Below, piece after piece: positions 1 to 9,513 of a DNA stretch of 64,000 nucleotides. Source of the stretch: Alphaproteobacteria bacterium. Its GTDB lineage: Bacteria; Pseudomonadota; Alphaproteobacteria; UBA7985; JAUIBT01. Every line of letters starts with the position of its first letter. Position 1 is the first letter of the stretch. The stretch spans positions 308 to 64,307 of the forward strand of contig JAUIBT010000005.1 in assembly GCA_030428255.1 (NCBI GenBank), read 5' to 3'. The notes beneath the pieces were generated by a model. It saw nothing but the letters and a program-made list of their open reading frames with translations, was not told the DNA's origin and did no database searches. Made by a program: the position numbers and the translations under genes.

Positions 1-820
1 CAAAGCTCACACCCCACAAAATCTGCGAATATTGCAAGGGTGCGATTTGCGACGGCGGTAGGCTGCGCAAAGTGATGATCAGCGTCAATTGCACCGTGGT
101 GATGACCAGCCCCGAGGCCAGCAGCAGGCCAATGACGCGGCCGCTGGCCAACTGGCTCATGTCAGGCGGGGATATTGCCATGATGATCAGCGGAACGACA
201 ATCGAGCCAGGAAACTGCCAGATCGCCAGGCAGGGTCGCCGCTCGGTCTGGCTGACGATGCGCAAGATCACCAGCGACACACTGCCGGTCATCGCGCCAC
301 ACAGGGCATAGAGGTGGCCCCAATCCAAGGCTGCGCGCCCTGGTTGAAAAGCGATCACCACGCCCAAGAAACCGACGCCGACCGCCGACCAGCGCCGCCA
401 CCCGATCTTTTCCTTAAAGACCAGAACCGACAGGCCGGTCAAAAACAGCGGCATGGTAAAAATAAAAACGTAGGCGTCGGCCAGCGGCAGGCGTTGAAAA
501 GCATTAAAGGCGAAGAGGGCGGTCAGGCCGCCCAGTGCAGTTCGCAAGATCACAAGCCCCGGCCGCTGGGGCCAAAAGGTAATGTGCTCGCCGCGCACCT
601 TAAAAAACAGCAGCAGCAAGGGCAGGGCGACCAGCGAGGAGCCCAGAATGATCAACGGCGGTGCAATTTGCTGGCTGGCCAAGCGCACGATGGCGTCGTT
701 CGAGGAGAAGAGCAGATAGGTGAGCAGCGCAAAGCTCATGCCCACTGCATAGTCACCGGCAGGCGCGCGTGGTTTGCTGCGCGGGCCTTTGGATGGCAAG
801 AAGGCAGGACGGGACAGCAT
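1..820 (-). CDS. EamA/DMT-family transporter (drug/metabolite exporter), 5' part; C-terminus lies beyond window start
   Basis: Reverse-strand translation from ATG at 820 gives MLSRPAFLPSKG...SFALLTYLLFSSNDAIVRLASQQIAPPLIILGSSLVALPLLLLFF...LFAFNAFQRLPLADAYVFIFTMPLFLTGLSVLVFKEKIGWRRWSAVGVGFLGVVIAFQPG. This is multi-TM with a duplicated EamA-like topology. It is not in the ORF track because it runs off the window edge. The plus-strand ORF 89..826 is its antisense shadow. Confidence 0.7.
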   Translation of the reverse strand, partial: MLSRPAFLPSKGPRSKPRAPAGDYAVGMSFALLTYLLFSSNDAIVRLASQQIAPPLIILGSSLVALPLLLLFFKVRGEHITFWPQRPGLVILRTALGGLTALFAFNAFQRLPLADAYVFIFTMPLFLTGLSVLVFKEKIGWRRWSAVGVGFLGVVIAFQPGRAALDWGHLYALCGAMTGSVSLVILRIVSQTERRPCLAIWQFPGSIVVPLIIMAISPPDMSQLASGRVIGLLLASGLVITTVQLTLIITLRSLPPSQIAPLQYSQILWGVSF

Positions 821-1154
821 AGCTAGGGGCTCCAGGGTGGGCCAGCCGCTGGTCGCAAGGCTGGGCTGACGGCGGGCGTGCCGCAGGGTTTGTCGTTGCT
901 CACGGCGCGCAGGGAATTCGCTTTGTTGCACTATTTGCCTTTGCGATTGGACGCGAACGCTCGGGATTTGATCAAGCGCTACGCCTCTGGCTTGGATCTG
1001 TCCATTGCAGTTTTGCGAGTGGAACCCTGCTTTCATGGCATGGCTGCTCGCGGTGGCGCGTCGAGATCGGGCTGGCAACCGCACAGCGCCTCACAAACCA
1101 GTGAAAATTAAGCAAACGCGCAATTACTTTGCATTCGGCTCTGGACTTGTGAGA

Positions 1155-1181
1155 TTGGTATGACCAAATTGGTCCTACCAA
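1155..1181. promoter_or_regulatory. 27-bp near-perfect palindrome TTGGTAtGACCAA-a-TTGGTCcTACCAA in the eamA/rpoH divergent promoter region
   Basis: Read directly from the sequence: 13-bp arms with one mismatch each; the inner GACCAAaTTGGTC is perfect. It lies about 75 nt upstream of the rpoH ATG in a locally AT-richer stretch. Confidence 0.5.
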
Positions 1182-1256
1182 TCGTAGACATTCATTTTCA
1201 CTCTGCGTTGCTGATGCGCAATCCGCGTTCAGCCGCTCTCAAGCCCTAGGACGACC

Positions 1257-2135
1257 ATGAGCCATTTCGACGACCCGCAGACGCGCGAAGCCAACTTGGC
1301 CTTTATTCGCCGTTCCATGAACGCCCCCCTTCTTAGCAAAGACGAAGAGCAGCGGCTCACGAGAGCCTGGCGCGACGACAGCGACGAGGAAAGCTTGCAT
1401 GCGCTGATCGAAGCCTATAGCCGCTTGGTCATCGCCACCGCCGCACGCTTTCGCCACTACGGACTGCCCTCAGGCGACTTGATCCAAGAGGGGGTCTTGG
1501 GGCTGATGCAAGCCGCCAATCGCTTTGAACCAGAGCGCGACCTGCGCTTTGCCACCTACGCCTCTTGGTGGGTGCGTTCGGCCATGCAGGACTTCGTACT
1601 GCGCAATTGGTCTATTGTGCGGACGGGCACCACCGCAGCCCAAAAATCCTTGTTTTTCAACATGCGTCGCCTGCGCCGCCAGATCGAGGACAACGACGGC
1701 GAGGTCTTTGGCCAAAGCGGGCGCGAGATGGTCGCGGCTCAATTGGGCGTGCGCTTGACCGACGTGGAGGAGATGGAAGGGCGCCTGTTTGGCGGCGATT
1801 CCTCCCTAAACGCAACCCTGGGCGAAGATGCCGAGACCGCTTGGATCGACATGCTGGCCGATGAGCGCCCGACCCCGGAGGACAGTTTTCAAGTTCAGCA
1901 CGATCAAGATCGCCGTCGCGACTGGATCGAGCAGGCGCTGGGTTGCCTCAATGACCGAGAGCGGATCATCATCGAAGAGCGCCGCCTGCAAGAAGATGGT
2001 GTCACGCTGGAGAGTCTCGGCGAACGTTTTGGCGTCTCCAAGGAGCGGGTGCGCCAGCTTGAGTCGCGGGCGATGAAAAAGATGCACCACTGGATCAGTG
2101 CTCAGGTCAGCCAACCCGAGGACTTGCATTTTTAA
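1257..2135 (+). CDS. rpoH: RNA polymerase sigma-32 factor (heat-shock sigma) RpoH
   Basis: 292 aa. Sigma-70 regions 2-4 are present (QEGVLGLMQAANRFEPERDLRFATYASWWVRSAMQDFVL), as is the RpoH box (QKSLFFNMRRLRRQ). The C-terminal HTH is LESLGERFGVSKERVRQLESRAMKKM. Confidence 0.9.
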   Translation: MSHFDDPQTREANLAFIRRSMNAPLLSKDEEQRLTRAWRDDSDEESLHALIEAYSRLVIATAARFRHYGLPSGDLIQEGVLGLMQAANRFEPERDLRFATYASWWVRSAMQDFVLRNWSIVRTGTTAAQKSLFFNMRRLRRQIEDNDGEVFGQSGREMVAAQLGVRLTDVEEMEGRLFGGDSSLNATLGEDAETAWIDMLADERPTPEDSFQVQHDQDRRRDWIEQALGCLNDRERIIIEERRLQEDGVTLESLGERFGVSKERVRQLESRAMKKMHHWISAQVSQPEDLHF

Positions 2136-2243
2136 AGGCTTGCTGTTGCCAAGGCCATTCGGCCCGTGTTGGGCGCTTGGCTGGCGGCAGCCTAGGACAA
2201 GATCTGCGCGGCCCATCCTCGCAGATATCTTGGCGGAGACTGA

Positions 2244-2277
2244 CCCGCCTTCTGATTGCAGGAGGCGGGTTTTTTTT
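2244..2277 (+). terminator. Rho-independent terminator (CCCGCCT-loop-AGGCGGG followed by T8)
   Basis: 7-bp GC stem followed by tttttttt, downstream of rpoH. Confidence 0.6.
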
Positions 2278-2441
2278 GCCGCCAGCAAACCGCGAGATAA
2301 TTCCATGCTTGCCAGCAAGCGGTTACATAAAAAACAATGTACTAGAGGCACAAGATCGGGCACTTGGCCGGATCCCAGCGCGCCTCGCTGCCTAGGAAGG
2401 CAAACGCGGGGGCGCGCGCATTGCGGTCCTAAAGGCCAAGC

Positions 2442-3611
2442 CTAGTTGCTGGTTTGCGCTGGCTCGGCGCTCGCGGCAGGATCTTGGGCCAAGCTGGTCT
2501 GCGGGGCAACTCCGTCGGTCGCGCCGTTTGCTGCTGCGTCGTCCTCAGCGGCGGGCGCTTCCACCAGCTCGCGCTTGCACAAGCGGCAATCACTGTCGCG
2601 CTGGACCAAGAGTTGCTCCAACTCCAACGTGCGCTCGCGGGTGAACATGAGCTGACAGGTGGCGCGATGGCTCTTGAGGACCGGTGGCGCGTCGGCCAGA
2701 GCAAAGTCATCGCAGGTGCCTTGGGCATAGCTTCGCCAAGCCGACTGGCTGCGCTCCAAATCGCGGACATTCGAACGAGCGAGCTGGCGGTGGCGCTCAA
2801 GTGCTTCGCTCATGGCCGCTTGCCAAGACCGCAGGGCGGCTTGCACGCAGACAATCTCGTTTTCGCGATCTTGCTCGGCTTCATAAATGCAGTCGATATA
2901 GGCATCTTTGCTCGGTGCTTGACCCAAACGCCGCCCGGTCGAAGTCTCGCGGATGGGCAAATCATAGTCGTCACGCGCGATCTTGGTGAGCTCACTTTCG
3001 GAAAAGCCTTGCCCCAAGCCTGCGGTCAGGCCGGCTGCCAAGGGGGCAAGCGCCAAGCGCGCGTTGCTGCCAACCGCAGCCGGGTCGGTGTTCAGGCCAA
3101 GAGGGCCGACCTTGCTGCATTCGTGCAAGGGGCTCTGTCCGTCGGCCATGGGCGCTGTAAAGGAAGCGGCCACCCAGCCTTCAAAGCCGCAGTACTGGAC
3201 GCGCGTCCAACGGCCAAAAGCGTCAAGCGGACGCAAGCCAACGGCGTCGCCGGGCAGGATGGTCAGGCGAAGATATTCGGTGCCAGGGCCTTCGCGCAGG
3301 CTGAGCGCGCCCCCTGGTCCCAAGCGGATCACGCGCAAATAGCCTTGTCCAGACAGGGGGCCGGCGTCGGGATCGGCGGCCAAGTTGCTGCTGCGCCGTG
3401 TTGACTTTTTGGTGGTGCTGGTGGTGGTGGTGGGCGGCGGCGCGATCAGGTCAACCGCACCGGTGCGCGGAAACACGGTTCCGTTCTGCGCCAACCCCGG
3501 CGCGCTGCTGGCGGCTACAATCGTTGCCACGGCAGCCGCAAAAGCCAAGCGGATGCCTGAAAATACCTGTTGGTGAGCCCCCGATAGGCCAAGTCCCGAG
3601 CGAGCCTGCAT
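2442..3611 (-). CDS. Secreted protein with bacterial SH3 (SH3b) domain and C-terminal DUF1311/LprI-like lysozyme-inhibitor-type domain
   Basis: 389 aa. N-terminal signal peptide. Thr-rich linker (PPPTTTTSTTKKST). SH3b-like block (YLRVIRLGPGGALSLREGPGTEYLRLTILPGDAVGLRPLDAFGRWTRVQYCGFEGWVAASF). Cys-containing DUF1311-like C-terminus (CIYEAEQDRENEIVCVQAALRSWQ...SQSAWRSYAQGTCDD). Perfect AGGAGG RBS 5 nt before the ATG. Confidence 0.6.
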   Translation of the reverse strand: MQARSGLGLSGAHQQVFSGIRLAFAAAVATIVAASSAPGLAQNGTVFPRTGAVDLIAPPPTTTTSTTKKSTRRSSNLAADPDAGPLSGQGYLRVIRLGPGGALSLREGPGTEYLRLTILPGDAVGLRPLDAFGRWTRVQYCGFEGWVAASFTAPMADGQSPLHECSKVGPLGLNTDPAAVGSNARLALAPLAAGLTAGLGQGFSESELTKIARDDYDLPIRETSTGRRLGQAPSKDAYIDCIYEAEQDRENEIVCVQAALRSWQAAMSEALERHRQLARSNVRDLERSQSAWRSYAQGTCDDFALADAPPVLKSHRATCQLMFTRERTLELEQLLVQRDSDCRLCKRELVEAPAAEDDAAANGATDGVAPQTSLAQDPAASAEPAQTSN

Positions 3612-3852
3612 GCTGCGGCCTCCTGTCGTTTGATTGTCGCGAGCCCCGGTTGAAGCCGGGTCAATTCTTTGTGGCTACTCTCGTCGCTAGCCGAGCCGAG
3701 CCCTAAATATGGCCGACCCCGCAATCTTGTGTCCTTGTGCGGATCTCATAGACCGAGGGTCCCTTGGGTTTAGAGGATTCGCACCCCAAATCCAAGCCTG
3801 CAAACCAGACTGCCTAAACCCGCAGTTTCAGACGGCTGCGTGCCCTGCCGTT

Positions 3853-4602
3853 TTAGTACCGCCGCGCGGCGCTGCGGCCCTGCGGTTTGGCGAACAGCGC
3901 CACCCAATAGGTCAGATGCGGATCTTCGCGCAAGCTTACTTGCGAGCGGACATAGGCGACCCCTAACTCTTCGGGGTGGTCCGACAGCAGGGCGGCGCGA
4001 TGGGGCGGCGAGTTAAGCCAGTCCTGAACCACCTCAGCGGGACTCAGTTGCCCGGCGGCCAGGTTCTCAGCCACGTACATCCAGTGATAGCCGCGCTCCT
4101 CAACCCGCGCATCGGGCCCGCGGCCTTGTGGGTCTTTGTGATCCAGATGATGGCGCTGCGCCAACTGGCGCGCATAGGCTGCGGCGGTTTGGGTCAAGAT
4201 TTCATCGTCCAACAGCTCGCGCTTGCCGTGGCGGCGGCGCGTCTTGTTGATCTCGGCAATCAACGCGGCCTGTTTGAGGATCTCGTCGCGCGTAAAGTCG
4301 ATGGTCTGCGGGGCTTTGCGCGCAAACAGACGCGAGGTCAACGGCGGTGGAGACTGCATGGCGCCCGGTGTGAATGCCGGCGGGGCGTAAGCCGGGGCCG
4401 TGCCAGCGCTGTGCTGCGCTGTGATGCTGGCGCTCTTGGTGGTCGGCTGGTGCTTGGCCTCGCTGGCGGGCAGGCGGAACAAGGGAGGTGCGTTCAACAC
4501 CCGCCGCGCAGGATCGGGAATGGGGCGCACACAACCGCCCAAGACCAGCGCAGAGGCGAGAAAGCAAAGGGCCATCAAGCGGCCAAACGGCAACAGCGTC
4601 AT
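3853..4602 (-). CDS. CAP/SCP/PR-1 domain lipoprotein (YkwD-like)
   Basis: 249 aa. Signal peptide with lipobox LVLGGC. CAP-domain motifs in the C-terminal half (GHHLDHKDPQGRGPDARVEERGYHWMYVAENLAAG...DWLNSPPHRAALLSD). Confidence 0.65.
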   Translation of the reverse strand: MTLLPFGRLMALCFLASALVLGGCVRPIPDPARRVLNAPPLFRLPASEAKHQPTTKSASITAQHSAGTAPAYAPPAFTPGAMQSPPPLTSRLFARKAPQTIDFTRDEILKQAALIAEINKTRRRHGKRELLDDEILTQTAAAYARQLAQRHHLDHKDPQGRGPDARVEERGYHWMYVAENLAAGQLSPAEVVQDWLNSPPHRAALLSDHPEELGVAYVRSQVSLREDPHLTYWVALFAKPQGRSAARRY

Positions 4603-5006
4603 AAAATGTCTCGAAATCCAACAGCTTTAAATATTGTTCCCCCGTCTATAACGGCCATGCATGGCGAGGCCGTGGCGTCAATTGGGTCACAAATGCGACA
4701 AAAGCCCGGACAATTCACAGGGACTATTCACAGGTGGGGGCATTTCTGCCAGTTCGGGCTTTTCTTGATGCTCGTTTCGCGATAGTCACGCTGTTAAAGA
4801 CGATGAATGCGCCACTTTGAAACCCATAAGGAGGCAAGCAAGCACGGCAGACGCGCCAACGCCAAGCCAGCTTTGCAACAGACCTCCGCCAAGGGCAGTC
4901 GCACCGGTCCGCCGGTTTGTCGTCGCTCGTAATGACCATCAGAGCAGTCGGGCTACTTGTTAGCCGTTCAGACCCGCTCGTGCATGCCAACTAGGACTCG
5001 TTATTC

Positions 5007-5246
5007 ATGATGAAGTTTGCCTCACTGCTTTGCGCTTTCGCCGCTGTTTTGGCCCTGTCGGGCTGTTTGAAAAGCTTGGAAAGCGCTGGCTCTGCGTCTG
5101 CTACTCCGGCAAGCCAGGCTCCGGCAACCAATTCGCAAGGCTACGCCACCAACCAAGGCCAGCCAAAAATCGTCAATGGCTATGACTGTAGCGTTGTTCC
5201 GCGCAGCAAGTCTGAGATCGCTGAATACCGCGAGAAGTGTCTCTAA
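5007..5246 (+). CDS. Small hypothetical lipoprotein (79 aa)
   Basis: Signal peptide with lipobox ALSGC, a low-complexity S/A/T/Q linker and a C-terminal Cys pair. No recognisable domain. Confidence 0.45.
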   Translation: MMKFASLLCAFAAVLALSGCLKSLESAGSASATPASQAPATNSQGYATNQGQPKIVNGYDCSVVPRSKSEIAEYREKCL

Positions 5247-5394
5247 GCAAAGCTAAGTCAGGCCAGGCCTGCGCGCTCTGGCTTCCAGAGACCCCGCACT
5301 CGCGAACCGCTGCGCAAGCAGTACCGGTGTGAGCGCCGAGGTCGCGCCCGGCGCGGCCTAATCCGGCTTTGCGTGATCCCGCTTCACAGAAGAC

Positions 5395-5430
5395 AAAAAG
5401 CCCCGCAGACCTGGGTCGGTGGGGCTTTTG
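5395..5430. terminator. Bidirectional Rho-independent terminator (A-run, GCCCCGCAGACC/GGTCGGTGGGGC imperfect stem, T-run)
   Basis: aaaaagCCCCGCAGACCtggGTCGGTGGGGCtttt lies between the convergent lipoprotein gene and the L,D-transpeptidase gene. Confidence 0.5.
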
Positions 5431-5564
5431 CTAGTGGTATTTGCGCTGCGCCGCAGCGGTGCCCGCCCATTCGCCAGGCCGTTGAAAACCAAGTCGAATC
5501 TTTGCGCAGCACCGCATGGAGCGATGCGGCCTAGGCTGGTGGCGTCAGTGCGGTGCGCGTTTGG

Positions 5565-7106
5565 TTATGGGCTCAGTTCCTCGGCCACGCCTTCGTCGGT
5601 GATAGCGGCCTGGGCTGGCACAAAAGGATGCTCAGGCGGCGCGCCGAAGTCGATGCGTTCGCTCAATTCCTTATCCAAGCCGTAAACGTCCATGCCATAA
5701 AAGACCTTGCCCCCTGTACCGACCCATGCGGTGTAGTAGTTCATGGTCACGGGCATGGGGCGGCGCAAGGTCTGGACCGTGGTACGCCCAGAGGTCATGT
5801 GCGCCTTGACCTGCTCGGGGCTCCAGCCTTCGTCCTTCAACAGCCAGTGGGCAAGCTTGTCAGCCTCACCAACCCGGACACAGCCCGAGCTCAAAGCGCG
5901 ATTGCGGCGGCGGAATTTACTGCGATCGGGCGAGTCGTGCAGATAGATGTCATAGGGGTTGGTTAGCGAGAATCGCACCCCACCCAGTGCGGCGTCTGGG
6001 CCTGGCGGCTGGCGGAAATGATAGGCGTTGTTGACCGGGTCCACCTTGGACCAATCAACGCTCATAACGTCCACGACGCGATTGCCGCGATAGGCGTGCA
6101 GGTTCATCTTTTCGAACAGCTCAGGGCGTTTTTGCAAGATGGGGATGATGTCCTCTGCCTCAATTGTCGGTGGCACACCCCAGTCAGGCGAGAACTTCAG
6201 GTTGACGATCCGGTCCTCGGTCAGGATCGGTGTCTTGCGTGCTTCTTTGCCGACCACGACCGGCATGTGCAGCTCGGGATGGCCCATGCGGCGCGCTTCC
6301 AGGTGGAAGGTGGGCAAGTTGACCATGACATCCAGCTCATGCGTGCTGGGCTGCAAGCGCCGCCAGCGCTCCATGTTGATGGCCACCAAGGTGCGGCGGT
6401 TGTCCAAGCGGCGCAAGGTATCAAGCTCTTTTCTGAGCCCTTGATACTGTGGGTTGCGCGGCACCAACGAGGTGATGTAGCCCCCCAAATCCGGTGAGCG
6501 CATGGCGATATCGAACAGGTGCATGCCATCGCTACGCGGCAGTTGCGGATCGCGACCTTCGCTGAGATCGCGCAAGTAGCGCAGCAATCCGTCGGTCAAG
6601 ATAACGTCGCTTTGCGCGATGGTGGCGCGCTCGCGGCCGGGGCGGTCTTGGATGTTTTGCGGTAGCTGGGTATAGCCGACGGGCAGATAGTCGGTGGCAA
6701 GCAGACCCTCTTTGTCGGCGTTGACCAAGTAATAGAAAACCGTTTGCCCGCGCGGCGTCCATTGCTGCCCATCATACCACAGCGGCAAGTAGCCCGATTG
6801 GGCATAGATGGCCCCCACGCTGGGCACTTGCTCGGGGCGTATATGGGGTGGTTGCAGGAAGGTTTGGATCTGCGCATCCATGGGCAGCGGCGGCAGGCTG
6901 GGGTCGGCCTGAGGCTCGGTGAGCGGCTGGTCTTGCGGCGCAGAGTCGGCAAGGCAACCGGTGAGCCCCAACAGCGCGCCACCACCGGCAGCACCCGCCA
7001 ACAAGCGTCGGCGCGTGACGGCGTGTCTGTTTGGCGCGCTGGATTGGTCAGTTCGCAAGGAGGCGTGGGCCAAAAGAGGAGAGGATGTCTTGGCGGTGTT
7101 TGTCAT
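5565..7106 (-). CDS. L,D-transpeptidase, YcbB/LdtD-like (peptidoglycan 3-3 cross-linking), Tat-signal lipoprotein
   Basis: 513 aa. Twin-arginine motif plus lipobox (TRRRLLAGAAGGGALLGLTGC). C-terminal YkuD catalytic motif HDSPDRSKFRRRNRALSSGCVRV. Confidence 0.8.
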   Translation of the reverse strand: MTNTAKTSSPLLAHASLRTDQSSAPNRHAVTRRRLLAGAAGGGALLGLTGCLADSAPQDQPLTEPQADPSLPPLPMDAQIQTFLQPPHIRPEQVPSVGAIYAQSGYLPLWYDGQQWTPRGQTVFYYLVNADKEGLLATDYLPVGYTQLPQNIQDRPGRERATIAQSDVILTDGLLRYLRDLSEGRDPQLPRSDGMHLFDIAMRSPDLGGYITSLVPRNPQYQGLRKELDTLRRLDNRRTLVAINMERWRRLQPSTHELDVMVNLPTFHLEARRMGHPELHMPVVVGKEARKTPILTEDRIVNLKFSPDWGVPPTIEAEDIIPILQKRPELFEKMNLHAYRGNRVVDVMSVDWSKVDPVNNAYHFRQPPGPDAALGGVRFSLTNPYDIYLHDSPDRSKFRRRNRALSSGCVRVGEADKLAHWLLKDEGWSPEQVKAHMTSGRTTVQTLRRPMPVTMNYYTAWVGTGGKVFYGMDVYGLDKELSERIDFGAPPEHPFVPAQAAITDEGVAEELSP

Positions 7107-7464
7107 GAAACCTGAAAGGAGCCTTGGTCAAACCGTTAGAAGGCAGTCCCGAGCGCTGGCCGCGCGAACCGGGATGCAAGGAAGCTGTGAGGCGGGCGCG
7201 CAGCCCACACAAGCGCGAAGCGAGAAGCCTTGGCTCCAAGACAATCTTGTCTCCAAGACAATCTGATCCAAAGAAACCTGCTGGCATCTGCACTCTGGCG
7301 CAGACTAAAGCACGACAATCTTGACCAAATCTTGAGAAAATTATCGTGACCTGGTCTTATCCCAAGACTTGTGCGCAAAGGGGCCTGCTCACACGTGCTA
7401 TGCGTCCCTAGATAGCCAAGCTGTGCCACGCTTTAAAGGGTTTCTCGTGACCTACCCCTTCACA

Positions 7465-8553
7465 ATGTCTCGTGCCGGTTGTCAAAACGCGTCCTTCGCG
7501 GCGCTGGTTGCGGGCCTCGCGATGGTGCTGGGGCTCAGCGGCTGTTTTGGCTTCTATGGCCAGGCGGTGCGTGGACAGAGCGAGATCTTTGTCAAACAGC
7601 GCTCCTTGGCCGCCGTGGTTGCGGACCCCAAAACGCCGCCCGAGACCAAGACCAAACTGCGCCAGGTCCATCGCATTCGCCAGTTCGCAGACCGGCGTTT
7701 GGCGCTGCAAGTCGGCGATAACTATGGCTCTTACGTGGATTTGGAGCGCGACTCGGTGGTCTGGAACGTCATGGCTGCGCCCGAGTTCTCCTTGCGGCCA
7801 AAGACTTGGTGCTACCCGGTGGCGGGCTGTGTGGGTTATCGCGGTTTCTTTTCCAAACTAGACGCTGATCGCTTGGTGGCCGAGCTGCAGGCCCAGGGCT
7901 TTGATGTCTACTCGGGCGGGGTCGATGCCTATTCAACGCTGGGCTTCCTGCGCGACCCGGTGCTCAACACCTTTTTGGACAAGAGCGAGCTGGACTTGGC
8001 CGCGCTGTTGTTCCACGAGCTGGCCCACGCCCGCTTTTACCTCAAAGGCGATACGGCGTTTAACGAGAGCTTTGCCACCACAGTCGAATACGCCGGTCTC
8101 AAGCTTTGGCTGCAAGAGAAGGGCGACAACACCACCTTTGATCGCTACCTGGCCTATGAGGCGGCGCTGGAGCAATTCCGTGCGCTGGTGGGCGAAACCC
8201 GCGCTGAGCTGGCCGCGCTCTACCGCCAGCCCTTAAGCCCTACCGTGATGCGCGCGCGCAAGGCCGAGATCATCACCGAGCTGCGCAACCGCTATCAGCG
8301 CCGCAAGCCTGGGCTGAACGGCGTGTCCTTCGACAAGTGGTTCTTTGCCGATATCAACAATGCCAAGCTGAATTCGGTGGCGACCTATGAGGATTTGGTG
8401 CCTGGCTTTACGGTGATCCTCGAGCGCTGCCAGCAGGACTTTCCCTGCTTTTACGCAGCGGTCGAGCGCTTGGCCAAGCGACCCAAAGCCGAGCGCGACG
8501 CTCTGTTGCGCAATCTGGGCCAGGGGCATCAGGGCCAGGGGAAACAGGGGTAG
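7465..8553 (+). CDS. Predicted zinc aminopeptidase (HExxH, PF10023-like) lipoprotein
   Basis: Start chosen at MSRAGCQNASFAALVAGLAMVLGLSGC (lipobox). HELAHA motif present. The ORF track extends the ORF upstream to 7369. Confidence 0.65.
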   Translation: MSRAGCQNASFAALVAGLAMVLGLSGCFGFYGQAVRGQSEIFVKQRSLAAVVADPKTPPETKTKLRQVHRIRQFADRRLALQVGDNYGSYVDLERDSVVWNVMAAPEFSLRPKTWCYPVAGCVGYRGFFSKLDADRLVAELQAQGFDVYSGGVDAYSTLGFLRDPVLNTFLDKSELDLAALLFHELAHARFYLKGDTAFNESFATTVEYAGLKLWLQEKGDNTTFDRYLAYEAALEQFRALVGETRAELAALYRQPLSPTVMRARKAEIITELRNRYQRRKPGLNGVSFDKWFFADINNAKLNSVATYEDLVPGFTVILERCQQDFPCFYAAVERLAKRPKAERDALLRNLGQGHQGQGKQG

Positions 8554-8559
8554 GTCGCC

Positions 8560-8640
8560 AGCCAGGGGTTTGGCGGCCTGGGGTTTGGCGGCCTGGGGTT
8601 TGGTGGCCTGGGGTTTGGTGGCCTGGGGTTTGGTGGCCTA
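8560..8640. repeat. Tandem array of 15-bp unit GGCCTGGGGTTTGG(C/T), about 5.4 copies
   Basis: Read directly. The array fills the whole intergenic gap between the convergent aminopeptidase gene (stop 8553) and the M23 peptidase gene (stop 8643). Confidence 0.85.
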
Positions 8641-8642
8641 AG

Positions 8643-9476
8643 TTATTGGGGCATAGGGCCAGCCACCAAGGCTGGATCAACCCGCACGCCGTTATAGGTG
8701 ACGCGCCAATCCAGATGCGCGCCGGTCGAGCGCCCCGTCGAGCCCACCGTGCCTATAACGAAGCCCTGGGGCACATAATCTCCTTCCTGAACGTGGAAGG
8801 CCTGCATGTGCAAAAAGGCCGAGTTCAACCCATAGCCGTGATCCAAAATCAACGTGCCACCGGAATAGTAATTGTCGGCGTGGATCAGCCGCACCACGCC
8901 ATCGGCGGGCGCGCGGATCGCAGTGCCCTTGGGTTGGACGATATCGACGCCATAGTGCGGGGTCTTGGGTTTGCCGTTCAGCACCCGGTGCGAGCCATAG
9001 ACCCCCGACAGCCGTCCAGTCAGCGGCCAGACAAAGCCCGTATCGAACAAGGGATAGGGGGTCATCACGGCGCGAGCGGCTTTGATTTCGGCCACTTCAC
9101 GATCAATGCGCGCTTGCAGGGCTGCATCACGCGGCGGCGTGACTTTGCCCGGTGGCAGGCCGTCGATCCGCTCGACCTTGTATTGGCGCTGTTTGACGGC
9201 CAAGGTTTGGCGCTGTTTTTGACCATTCGCCAAGGTCTCGACCAGCGGCACTGAGGCAGGCGCATCAAAGGGCAGCGCGATGATCACCCGGCCATCGGGC
9301 AGCACCGGCACGGCCTTGCCGGACACTGTGACGCTGGCGCTGGGCTGGCTTTGGGCCCAAAGCAACGCGCCCTGCTGAGCCGCCTCGGGCTTCAGGACGG
9401 TGAGCGCCTGGGCGGGCAAGCTGCCAACAGCCAAAATGAAAGTCAAAAAGAGGCCCGAAGGGCGAAAACAGCGCAT
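8643..9476 (-). CDS. M23 family metallopeptidase (peptidoglycan endopeptidase), secreted
   Basis: Start chosen at MRCFRPSGLFLTFILAVGSLPAQA (signal peptide). M23 motifs HYGVDIV...GSTGRSTGAHLDWRV. The ORF track extends the ORF upstream to 9719. Confidence 0.75.
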   Translation of the reverse strand: MRCFRPSGLFLTFILAVGSLPAQALTVLKPEAAQQGALLWAQSQPSASVTVSGKAVPVLPDGRVIIALPFDAPASVPLVETLANGQKQRQTLAVKQRQYKVERIDGLPPGKVTPPRDAALQARIDREVAEIKAARAVMTPYPLFDTGFVWPLTGRLSGVYGSHRVLNGKPKTPHYGVDIVQPKGTAIRAPADGVVRLIHADNYYSGGTLILDHGYGLNSAFLHMQAFHVQEGDYVPQGFVIGTVGSTGRSTGAHLDWRVTYNGVRVDPALVAGPMPQ

Positions 9477-9513
9477 AGCAAGGCTCGCTTGAACGCCCGG
9501 CCCGGCAAGCGCC

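Noticed and set aside
89-826. 245-aa plus-strand ORF at the window start
   Set aside because: Low-complexity Q/R/G-rich translation with no RBS. It is the antisense shadow of the EamA transporter gene, whose reverse-strand translation gives a clean multi-TM protein.
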